Shown here piece by piece: positions 1-10,800 of a DNA stretch of 64,000 nt (positions are counted from its first letter, which is position 1; each line of letters starts with the position of its first letter). Made by a program: the position numbers and the translations under genes. The notes beneath the pieces were generated by a model. The model was not told the DNA's origin. It saw nothing but the letters and a program-made list of their open reading frames with translations, and ran no database searches. Source of the stretch: a virus (taxonomy: Duplodnaviria; Caudoviricetes); IMG/VR virus record IMGVR_UViG_3300020371_000002; one strand, written 5' to 3'.

Positions 1-3000
1 GTCATTATTCCAGTTGCTGCATTATAGTCAGCACCAACTGCTTGTGAGAACGTGTGAGTAGAAACTCCAACGTTTACAATAAATTCATTATCACTAGTTG
101 CTGCAATACCGATACGGGTATTTGAAATTGGATCTGTTGATCTAGGATAAGTATGCTGAGTTGCATGATTATCCATATCACAAGTAAATGTGAATGAGTT
201 ATCGGTGAACCTGACAGATCTGGTGATATCCAAACCATGATTAGGAGCAACAACTGTCAACTGACCCGTTACTGGGTTATAAACTGCATTTGTTGGTTGA
301 ATGTATGTTGTTGTGGTAACACCAACTTCAATTTCAAAAGTATCTAATGTTGTAGCCCCAATAGAAACACCTACACCAGAAATGGGATCTGTTGATCTTG
401 GATATGTGTGTTGTGTTGCATTATCATCCTGACTACATGTGAATACGAAAGAGTTATCCGTAATTCTGATATGTGATCCTGTGAATAGTCCATGTCCTGG
501 CGAGGTAATCGTCATGATACCTACAACAGGATCATAAACCGCATTAGTTGCTGTCTTATAGGATATTGGATTAGCACCAACATTAATCTCAAATGAGTTC
601 TGACTTGTACCAGCAATTGCAACACTTGTGCCATCAACAGGATCACCCGCTCTAGGATAGGTATGAGTGCTATTGTGATCATCAAGTCCACAAGTAAATG
701 TAAACGAATCTCTAGTAATCTTAATGTGTTGACCTTCCTCTAATCCATGATTAGGGAAAGTTACATTTAAGATACCAGTCTGTGCATCATATGTTGCATC
801 AGTTGGTTGTAGATAAACAATCGTGGAGACACCAACTTGAACTTCAATCTGAGTTGTAGAAGGAACACCAACTACAGGAACATCAAGTTGTCCCTGGCCG
901 ATTGGGTCAGTTGATCTTGGGTAGGCATGTTCAGTAGCATTATTATCAAGAGTACAAGTAAAGATCAGTGAAGAGGTCTTGATACCAATGGTACTTGCAG
1001 TGGTAAGTCCATGTGGATTTGCAAATCCAAGAACTAAAATTCCAGTATTAGGATTATAAGTTGCACTGTTAGGAGTTATGAATGGTCCACTATACCAAGA
1101 GTTGCCAGTACAAACAGCAGCAGAGTTTTCTGCACCAGGCACAAATGTATGATCATATCCACCACCAGTGATGATTGCAGTAGAACCAGCACTTACAAAG
1201 GTGTGTAGATAATCAGCACCAGTGATGATTGCAGTAGCACCAGCACTTACAAAAGTATGAGGATATTCACCACCTAAGATGACTGCGGTTGCTCCTGCAC
1301 TTACAAAAGTATGTGAGTATTCGCCTCCTTTAATGATTGCAGTTGAAGCAGCACTAACGAAACTATGTGGATAATCACCACCAGAAACTACCGCACCAGT
1401 TGTTGCAGATGCAAAAGTGTGTGCATATGATTCGTTATATGGAGAAATACCGACATCCAATCGGATTGAAGTATCCGTTGTATTTCCAATAGAAATAGCA
1501 GCGTTATATGCGTCGTCTCTGTGTCTTGGATAATAATGAATAGATGCACCATTATCAATGTCACAAGTAAATCCAAGTCCAGTCAATACAACTGTTCCAG
1601 CCTTACCACCTACGGAATATCCATGAGGAGCTGCAGTGGTAATTGTCATGATACCACTTACATTATCATACTCAGCAGTTGAGATGCCCAATGAAGGAGA
1701 ATAATCACAAGTAAATGCAATTCCACTAAGAACAACAAAATCCCTTTCGGAAAGATTATGATTCTTTCTTGTTGTTACAGTAGCAACACCAGTAACATTA
1801 TCATATGTAATATTAGAAAACTTAAGTGGTTTAAGTTGTTTGGTGGTCATTGCAACACCAGATGCAACGACAAATTCATCAGTGTCTACACCATGTCCAG
1901 CAAATCCTTGGAATGTACCAGAAAGCATTTTATGGGTGTGTATTCCAAGAGTAGAAATACCAAGTTTTACACTAAAATCAATATTATTGTTTACAGTAAT
2001 TTCATAGTAAGCTCTTTCATCTAATGGATATGTCTTATCGCCATAGGGTGTACTGAATCCAATTCCTGTGAGTTTTACGACATCTCCACTATTCATCCCA
2101 TGAAGATTCTGACCCTGAATCGTCGCAATACCTGTAGATGGTGTGTAATAAACATTTGCAATTGTAGTAACAATGCCAGTTGGATCACCATGTGCATTAA
2201 TTGTCGTTACACCAGTGGAGGATTCATAATCAACGTATGCAATCTTCTTAGGAGTAAAGTAATTTGCACCTGGATCAGTAATAGTAAATCCAGTAATAAT
2301 ACCAGCTTGTGCAAGACTTACTGTACCACCAGTAACGTAGTTGTGTGCCAAACTATTAACACCAACAAATCCAGTAAACGTGTCAGTGGTAACGTCTAAA
2401 ATATCAAAACCTACAAGGTTTCTTCCTTCAAGAATATTAGTATCAATACCAGCTCTTACTGTTCCACCTGTAGAATATGTGTAAGTGGTGGTGCCAAGTC
2501 CCGCATTGACTTCAAATGTTTGTGTGTTTGCAATAGAAACGATTGGATAACCATCTTCTCTAAAAAGAGTTGGGAATCCTTGACCATCAATAACAGTAAT
2601 CGCTTCTAATACTACATGTCTATGGGAATTAGTATCTGTTCCAATCCAGTGACCTTCATCACAAGTAATTGTAGCAATACCCGTTGTAAACGTGTATGAA
2701 AAAGTAGAAATAGTTCTTGGTGGTAAACTTTGTACAACAGTTACACCACAACCACTGACTCTAACTCTATCACCTTCTTCAAATCCATGAGGAGCAGACG
2801 TTGTGAACGTCATGATGCCCAATGAGTGATTATAAGTTGCAGTTGAAATATTAAAGGAAGCAGTCGTATTGACACCAAGATGTGCGGTTGCTAATGCACC
2901 ACCACCCTCTGCACTTCGTATAATGACCTGTGGCGGTTCTCTATACCCCTGCCCTGGTCCCGTAAGTTGAATTGTACTTACTTCACCACTGGAGTTAATA

Positions 3001-3803
3001 CCGACCTTGGCAGCGCCTTTTAGGGGGTAGTAGAATCCAGCACCAGTTTGCAAACCTACTCTTTGGATTCTACCTGCTCTTGGAACACCACTAAGGAAAT
3101 TAATATCATTAGATACTGGATCAACAATCTCAAAATCCAATCCTGGAGTTTGAATTACATTATTAATAAGAATAAATGGATTATTACTAATGTCAGTACC
3201 ATCATTGACATTATTGTAGAGTGCAGTAACAATTCCTAAGTTTTCACTGAGTGCAAATTGAGTTCCTGCAACACCAGTAAAGTCGAGAGAAATATCATCA
3301 AGAATTAAATTATAGTCACTAGGTTCATATGGATTCAATTTTCTGGAGAACATTCTTCCAGCAAATGTAGATCCAGTTTTTAATCCTACAGGACCTTGTT
3401 TTCCATAAGGAGGTGCAGTGAAAAAGATCTCATCATCAACAATGTTGAAATCTCCAGTAAAAATAGAAGAAACTCCTGCAGTATGAGCGGCTGCAACAGT
3501 TCCAAATACACCTCTATCAATAAATGCCTGACCAGAAGTAGTTGTAGAGAATACTGGGTAGTATCCAGCACCAGCCCTGAAGACAACAATCTCAGTAATA
3601 CTACCAATACCAGTATTATCAATGAGTGGATAAAAAACACCTTCTACTGTGGGTGTTTCTGTTCCTTCTACAGTAACTTTTGGGGGATCTGTACTAGCAT
3701 ATCCCGATCCTCCCTCAACTACTTCAATCTTCTCAATACCATAGGAGGAATTAAAAAACGGTTTTAGTATCGCACCGCCGCCAGGAGTAATTCTCGTTGA
3801 CAT
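1..3803 (-). CDS. Giant repeat-rich virion structural protein (baseplate/fibre associated), 3'-truncated by window edge; not in ORF track
   Basis: ATG at 3803 (MSTRITPGGGAILKPFFNSSYGIEKIEVEGGSGY); spot-translated segments are in the same frame down to base 3 (...YNAATGIM); GxGY and YxxxTG repeats; follows baseplate wedge genes. Confidence 0.85.
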   Translation of the reverse strand, partial: MSTRITPGGGAILKPFFNSSYGIEKIEVVEGGSGYASTDPPKVTVEGTETPTVEGVFYPLIDNTGIGSITEIVVFRAGAGYYPVFSTTTSGQAFIDRGVFGTVAAAHTAGVSSIFTGDFNIVDDEIFFTAPPYGKQGPVGLKTGSTFAGRMFSRKLNPYEPSDYNLILDDISLDFTGVAGTQFALSENLGIVTALYNNVNDGTDISNNPFILINNVIQTPGLDFEIVDPVSNDINFLSGVPRAGRIQRVGLQTGAGFYYPLKGAAKVGINSSGEVSTIQLTGPGQGYREPPQVIIRSAEGGGALATAHLGVNTTASFNISTATYNHSLGIMTFTTSAPHGFEEGDRVRVSGCGVTVVQSLPPRTISTFSYTFTTGIATITCDEGHWIGTDTNSHRHVVLEAITVIDGQGFPTLFREDGYPIVSIANTQTFEVNAGLGTTTYTYSTGGTVRAGIDTNILEGRNLVGFDILDVTTDTFTGFVGVNSLAHNYVTGGTVSLAQAGIITGFTITDPGANYFTPKKIAYVDYESSTGVTTINAHGDPTGIVTTIANVYYTPSTGIATIQGQNLHGMNSGDVVKLTGIGFSTPYGDKTYPLDERAYYEITVNNNIDFSVKLGISTLGIHTHKMLSGTFQGFAGHGVDTDEFVVASGVAMTTKQLKPLKFSNITYDNVTGVATVTTRKNHNLSERDFVVLSGIAFTCDYSPSLGISTAEYDNVSGIMTITTAAPHGYSVGGKAGTVVLTGLGFTCDIDNGASIHYYPRHRDDAYNAAISIGNTTDTSIRLDVGISPYNESYAHTFASATTGAVVSGGDYPHSFVSAASTAIIKGGEYSHTFVSAGATAVILGGEYPHTFVSAGATAIITGADYLHTFVSAGSTAIITGGGYDHTFVPGAENSAAVCTGNSWYSGPFITPNSATYNPNTGILVLGFANPHGLTTASTIGIKTSSLIFTCTLDNNATEHAYPRSTDPIGQGQLDVPVVGVPSTTQIEVQVGVSTIVYLQPTDATYDAQTGILNVTFPNHGLEEGQHIKITRDSFTFTCGLDDHNSTHTYPRAGDPVDGTSVAIAGTSQNSFEINVGANPISYKTATNAVYDPVVGIMTITSPGHGLFTGSHIRITDNSFVFTCSQDDNATQHTYPRSTDPISGVGVSIGATTLDTFEIEVGVTTTTYIQPTNAVYNPVTGQLTVVAPNHGLDITRSVRFTDNSFTFTCDMDNHATQHTYPRSTDPISNTRIGIAATSDNEFIVNVGVSTHTFSQAVGADYNAATGIM
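120..1080 (-). repeat. ~85-aa (255-264 nt) tandem protein repeat with FTCxxD-x4-xHxYPR motif, 4 tandem copies plus one near 1510-1575
   Basis: YPR codons at ~145, 400, 655, 919 (spacing 255, 255, 264) and ~1528. Confidence 0.85.
1125..1440 (-). repeat. 54-nt (18-aa) in-frame tandem repeat, ~6 copies, GGxYxHxFVSAxxTAII
   Basis: equivalent positions at 1191, 1245, 1299, 1353, 1407 (exact 54-nt spacing). Confidence 0.9.
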
Positions 3804-3813
3804 TTATTCCTCC

Positions 3814-4833
3814 TTATGAAATATTCAGAGAACTACTGCAATAGACCCTAGTTAATCCTGTTCCGTCTCTAACGATGCTAAATGATAAAATATCTTCTTG
3901 GTTTGTAGAAGGAGGTGGATTGCCACCGACCCATCTAATGCCACCAGCAACAGCATTACCGTTCACCTTACAAGCATCACCATAAGTGGACTGTTGTCCA
4001 GCATTATTAATAAACGTTACTGTTGTTGCTTTACTATTCAAAGTTGGTACGTTAATAAACGACCATGTACTTACGGATGTAGTTAATCCACCCAGCAATA
4101 CTGTTCCTTGACCAACATCAACTGTTAAAGTTCCCCCAATCGCAGTCAATGTTGTATTGAAATTATTAACCACCTTTTCAGTGATAGAACCATTCAGGTG
4201 ACTCATACCCGTGTGAGTAGTTACACCAATGATTTCCGTATCACCATTTACAACCAATCTGGAAGTAGGTGCAGTTGAAGCGACACCTACCTTACCATCT
4301 GAAGTAACAACAAATGCACTCTCATCTGTTCCAACTTCATCTGAAACCTGTAAACCATGTCCACTAGCCTTAGGGACTGCATGGATAGCAGGCCTTTCTA
4401 GAGAATATGAGGTTACTTGAAGTTGAGATGTTGGAAGAGATGTACCAATGCCAACAAAACCATTCTGGATTCTGAAAATTGTCTTTGCGAATCCAACTGC
4501 AATTGTGGTATCTACAGGAGTTCCAGACTCCTGAATTTTCATACCCTCAGTAAAGTTAGCAAACTGAGAAGTAATAACACCAGTAGTATTAATACTAATG
4601 TCTCCCGTAACTGACTTTGCAGTTCCAGCAAGAGCCGAAGTGGATGCAATACCACAATTGGTAGAATATCCAGCAGTAGATGCAAAGGAAACGAAACTTA
4701 CTAAATTCGTACCATCACCGAACTTATCATAAATGTCATCAAAGTTCGAATTAATTTTTAAAGTCGCATTAAGTAAAGTATCTCCTGTGCCATCATTCGG
4801 GGCTGACCCTGTATTAATACCCTGTTTAGCCAT
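3814..4833 (-). CDS. Baseplate/short-fibre-like structural protein with gp9/gp10-type N-terminal motif
   Basis: N-terminus INTGSAPNDGTGDTLLNATLKINSNF resembles T4 gp9/gp10 N-terminal motif; GIG(T)xxP fibre repeats; context. Confidence 0.65.
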   Translation of the reverse strand: MAKQGINTGSAPNDGTGDTLLNATLKINSNFDDIYDKFGDGTNLVSFVSFASTAGYSTNCGIASTSALAGTAKSVTGDISINTTGVITSQFANFTEGMKIQESGTPVDTTIAVGFAKTIFRIQNGFVGIGTSLPTSQLQVTSYSLERPAIHAVPKASGHGLQVSDEVGTDESAFVVTSDGKVGVASTAPTSRLVVNGDTEIIGVTTHTGMSHLNGSITEKVVNNFNTTLTAIGGTLTVDVGQGTVLLGGLTTSVSTWSFINVPTLNSKATTVTFINNAGQQSTYGDACKVNGNAVAGGIRWVGGNPPPSTNQEDILSFSIVRDGTGLTRVYCSSSLNIS

Positions 4834-4854
4834 TATTCAAAGGAACTTTTCTGT

Positions 4855-4862
4855 TATTTATA
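4855..4862 (-). promoter_or_regulatory. T4-type late promoter TATAAATA
   Basis: exact TATAAATA 21 nt upstream of the 4833 start. Confidence 0.75.
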
Positions 4863-4863
4863 G

Positions 4864-7800
4864 TTAATATGGAGGGTTGTCATCTGCAGTGACGAACGAG
4901 TTAGAAACTCGAATCACTGAAGAGTTCATCCTGTTTACATCGTAGTAGAAATTTTGATCTACAACACTATTTACCTCAGCACTTCTGGAAGATACAAATG
5001 TACCGTCTCCAATAAAGTTAATTCTGATATATTCATCATCTAAACGAATAATATCTCCAATGGAAACCGATCCAATACCAGAAGTAATCGTTACCTGCTG
5101 AGAACTTGCATTGATTCCTGAACCAGTAGTGACAGATAGTTTCTTGTTACGAAGAGGACTCTGTACAATACCATCAACAAGGATCAGAGCATTTTCATTT
5201 GGATTTTCATATCTCAATGTATGTATTCCAGTTCCAAGAGACTTCATGTCAAAGATGACAGAAGTTGATAATCCAGAGAATCTAAATTTAACATCATCAA
5301 GTTTTTGAATGAATACTTCATCTGGCATTACATTCGAACCCAACTCAGTTGGAGAAAGGAATAAGTTATCTGTAGGTGTAGAACCACCGATATAAGTTCC
5401 TGCAATAGAAATTGTGTTGGTTGCCGCATATCCAGAACCTCCACTCAGAACTCTAACTGCACTAACATCCAAATTAACATCTCTTTCTACTTCAAAGATT
5501 GCACCAGATCCAGCACCATCATTAGTTCCTTCTAAGTTGGTATAAACTGTTTGGATGCCAACTCTTGTACCAGAAATCTTAGTAACGGGGAATGTCAAAT
5601 CATTTGCTGGACTTGCACCACCAAGATGAGTACCTGCAATACTTACATTATCACCAACATAATACCCAGAACCACCTTCTCTCAATACTACATTAGTAGA
5701 AATTGGTTGACCTGTTCCAGTGTCATATGTAATCATAACTGTAAATGATGCACCAGTACCCCTGGTGGAAATGCCTGGGAAACCAGTTCCAAATCCAAAC
5801 ATTTTAGCACCTACAATTGGATTAGCAACTGTAGAAACACCTGTTACTGGTCCACCAACTTCAAAGTTAATTCCATTTTCAAACATGGAACTTCCACCAG
5901 CACCAGACACTCCCATAAGGATATGTCTTTCACTAGTAGTGTAAGAAGTTGTAGCAACACCAATTGGAGTTCCACCACCCCTATCAATGATTACTTTCTG
6001 ACCACTCTGGAAGTTGTGGTTTTGAATAGAAATTGAATTATTAGTAAGATCAACTACTGCAGAACTTGAAGAATCAAATTGTTTCTTGAATAGAGGGACA
6101 CCTCCCGTTCTAAGTGGGAAATTGGTCTTACCAATCAAATTGCCCGATCTATCCAGACTTCCATCGAATCCGTCACTGATATCATCAATCTTAAGAACTT
6201 TATTAGTCTTGTTTAAGATATAACTCTTAAGTGGTCTACCTTCTGGGAAGAAGACTCTTTGAACGGCACCATCTTCTAATGGATCATCTTCAGTAACCAT
6301 TGCAAAGTTACTCTTAGATCCCAAATAAGCCTCATTATCAATATTAATTAAAAGATCAAGTTTTGGTTCTACAGTTTTAACTTTCATGTTTGTGGACTTA
6401 GCGAGTCCAACAGAAACATAGTTATTTGCAATTGCATCCTTCTTAGGATCACCCACAATCTCCAAATCAGAGAATTCTCGGAATCCCGATGGGTGAACAA
6501 TAGATCTTACAGATTCTCTCCATTTGGAGTAAGAAATCTTACTCTTAATGGAGTATGAGAACTTCTGATAATAGAAGTTATCAGAAACTCTCTGCAGATA
6601 ATCATTGAGAATACCGACAGATTGATCAACTTCGCCAACTTTTTCTCTAGAAAGTCCAAGTGAAGTTCTAATATTAAATCTGTTTACATCCTCAACTTTA
6701 CCAGCGAGTTTAGATCTTTCACCATAAAGGGTATCACCAACTCTAAGTTCACCTTGACTATTAGTTAGTCTCAATTGATTAAGTTCTACATCCCAACCAT
6801 TTTCAACAACGACTGCTTCAAACTTATCGGAAGTAACTTTCTCACCAGAGAAGAATTTAGCATCATCAACAAGTCTCATTTGGAACTTGGCGAGATCCTT
6901 AGCATTGTGAATATAACCTAAGGTAAAATCATCGTCATAACTACCAAGTGTTCCTGTTGCAATACCAGCAAGACTGTAAGTAACTCTAAAGTTTATTTCA
7001 TCAACTGCAGTAACATCAAATTGTCTATAACCATAGTTTTCCGAGTTAAAGTTTAACTCCCCAGCTGCACGAGAAGCTGGTTTTAATCTGCAACCTTCAA
7101 CATAAACTTTATCACCAACTTTGAATGGGAAGTCGATATTAGTAGATCCATAACCAGTTGTAATTGGTTTATAGAACTGTTGATCAAGTAAAAGTTCTAC
7201 TGTTACATCAGAACCACTATGAGTTATTTGGTCAATATCATATCCATTAGTATTTCTAGTGGGAACGATAGTTAAAGGAGCATCAAATTCAAATGCATTA
7301 GTAAGAACTTCAACTCCGACAACAGAACCACCTTGAACTACTGCCTGAAGATCAATATTATCATTACCAATGACTTTTAATTTTGGTGCTTGGTGATAGT
7401 TCACACCACCATCCGTAACCAAAACATCTCTAATTCTAGCAATACCACTGATATCACAGACAGTAGGTACACTTAAGAATGGCAAGAGTGTAGGATCCGT
7501 TGGATAATCAAATCCATCCTTGATTCTCTCAGTAGTTTCAATCTTACCAATCTTATCAGAATTAATCTTAATTACTGCATCTCTGCCCTGTAAGGTATCA
7601 AAACCAATAACTCTTGGAAGTTTATTATATCCTTTGCCTTCAAAATTAATCTTTGTTCTAGCAATAGGACCAAGTGCGTCCAAAGAATCTGTTTCATAGA
7701 AAACAGTCGTCAATCCAGATGTGGTTGTAAACAGTTCAGCACTAGTTGGTTGTTTTGTGAGATTGAATGAGAAGTTTTTATCGTCAGAAACGAGAACTTC

Positions 7801-10800
7801 ATGTGTATCTTCAAGAAGACTAGATTCAACTGTAATCGAATTGAATCCTCTAACCGTATTATCAACAGAGAGTTGATTCTTTCTTTGATCTGTAGGAACA
7901 ATAGGAGTTAGTGTATAGAATGATTTTTTAGGGAATCCAGCAAGAGTTCTAATTTGAACATTTGCACCAACTTGGCCAGGAATACCATCACGAATCAAAT
8001 TGAATGATCCAGAAGTACCGTTAACATCAAGTTTCTTTCTAAACTGAAGGTCCTCAAAAATGTCCAGTCTCATATCAGCAAGACCAGCATCAGAAACATC
8101 AATTTTCAGAATGTTACCTTTACTTACAGTAATTGGTGGATTAACTTTTGCCAGATCATATGCACCCGCAGCAACAGAAGTAATTGCAACTCCAACACCA
8201 TTCTTCACATCGGCAAGATCTTTACAGAGTTTAATTCTTTGAGAACTTTCTCTGAGAACGAAATAAACTTCATTATTGTTAAGTTCATTAACTGTGTTGC
8301 CATTATTATAATAAACAACTTTATCACCAGACTTAAATGATAAATCAGTAAATTCAAAACTACTATCAGAAGCATCGAAAGTTGTACTGGACCAAGAAAC
8401 TTTATTGGTAGTAATTTTTCTCAGTACAGGATCATATAGAATTTTTACACTTTCCTCTACAAACGGAACCGCTTGAATAGAAATTTTATCACCACTACTC
8501 AAACCATGAGAAGAACCAGTAGAAACTTGACCTCGGAAAGTTTGAACTGTACCAGTTACAAGTTGATTTGTTGTTGTAAACGAATGTGCCAATCCAATTG
8601 GATCAGCAATCGTATACCAATAAACAGCATCACCTACTGTTGGGAATCCTACTGTAGAAATACCAAGATAATCTGGACCAAAGTTAATAGCATAAACATC
8701 TCCACCATCTACAAGGTTCTCAGTACCAATACCACTGGTAGATCCCGCAGAAGTTTTGACCCAAGTTAATGATGTTCCGCCAACACCAACACGGTAATTA
8801 ATCTTCTGTCCCGTAGTAAATGGATGATTCTTAATATAAATCGATCTCTCAGGAATAACTCTGGTGAACTTAGTTTCAGTAGTAACTGTTCCAATTCCAG
8901 TAGATGTCAAATAGTGAATAGAACCTGTGCTTCCCACACCAACTGCGTATGTTGGATCAAAGAACAATGTTCTATTATCAAAACCAAGGAAATTAGAACC
9001 CTTTTCAATATCATAAGTGAATCTAGTAGGTTTCAGTTCAACTGAAGAACCAGATTTATGAGTTTCAGCAAGTCCTACTTGTCTATTAACTCCCAACCTA
9101 GAGAATTCACTATCAATAGAAGTGACTCTCATAAGTTCTGTACCAATGCCAATGATATCGTTAACTTCAAATCCACCAACATCGGTAACGGGAACGAAAG
9201 TAGAAATACCAGTTGCACTCAATTGATCTAAGAACTGAGTAAGAGCAACTTTTCTGTTTACAACTGATACTCTATAAGCACCTTCAATGTCCGAAAGAAC
9301 TGCTGTAGACACTCCACTAGTAATAATGGTTTCTCCATTAACTAATTCATGAGGATCACTCGTTCTTCCATGAATAATGTTATTGACAGGTCGGAGAACT
9401 ACATTAGTGAAAGTCGAAACACCTACGGAAATTTCCGAAACATTTTTACCAAGAACATGTGATACAACAATATTGGTTCCTGTTCCATTTGTTCCAGCAT
9501 TGTCAAGATTCAATCTATCTCCAACTCTATAATCTTCACCTGGTGAGAAGATAGTAGTAGAAGTAATACCAGAAGTTTGAATTTGAGTGACTTTAAATTC
9601 CTGTTTAAACGAAGAATCTACCTTATCAATCAAATCATAAATTGAATTCTCAACATTGGTATAGTATGGACCAATATTTCTAGTAATTTTAAGTTCAGCA
9701 AGATTTTTATCTTGATTAAAGTCTGCAGCGAAATTCTCTACAATTGGAGTGTCTTTAAAGTATCTTCCAATAGTATATGGATATTTGGGTTCAGCAACGC
9801 CACTAGAATCAACGTCAATTGCATAAAAATATGCATATGTTCCATCGGGGAACTGTGGTGTTACACAATACCTGCCACCGAACTCGTCAAGGTCGCCAGA
9901 CCCGTTGTATTCGTAATCATCAGTAAAGTATCCAGGAGTATACCCAGGAGGTCTTAGGCCTACCTTAGGCGCGGTATTAAGGATATAACTACTCCTAAGT
10001 CTCTGTACAGGTCCACCAGTAGCTCCAGAGAATCCATAAGGTCCGTAAATTGGATTACCATCATAGGCATATCCAAGGATAGGAGAGTGTTGTGGATTAT
10101 TAGTAAGTTCCAGGTTACCAGAATCAATATTGTCGCCAACCTGGAATCTCAGTCTATTTGCAGGATAGATGTTAATAAACTGTAGACCAAGTTCCCTGTT
10201 GGTATTTGGTTTCGTCAATGCAGCGTCAAGAGTATTAATTAAGTTTCTACTCTTAACTTCCTGATTAATTTTCCACTCATGAACATTAGCAATAAACTTG
10301 GCATCTCTACCACGATTCTGTAGAACCATAGTAGTATTTGCTGGGTTATAATTAACCCCACCATCAGTGATTCTTACACCAGTAATACTGCCATTTGTTT
10401 CATCAATAATTGGACTGATATTTGCAAAGTCACCGTCACCATAAACAACAATATCAGAATCTTTTCTATAACCTCTACCAGAAGCAAGAATTTGAACGTC
10501 AACGATTGACCCCTCAACCAGAATAGGTTTGAGTAGTGCTTCAAACGTAACAGTTGCAATACCTACATTTGGTCTTCTATGGAAGTTTAGAATATTTGTA
10601 CAACCATAACCTGCACCACCTTGTTCCAGATATACACTTTCAATACTTCCAAGGACAAGGGGTTCCAGTGTTGGATTTGTAATTGCAGTTGAACCAATAC
10701 CAGAAAGAGTCTCTACCTTAATTTCAATAGGTGGATACTTAATTGTATGAGTGCCTGCACCTACACCAGAAATCCTAGCAAACTTACCTGCTTTAAAATC

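Noticed and set aside
1125-1440. 54-nt periodic repeat as a CRISPR array
   Set aside because: No constant repeat/unique spacer structure; variation is in-frame within a coding region; no cas genes
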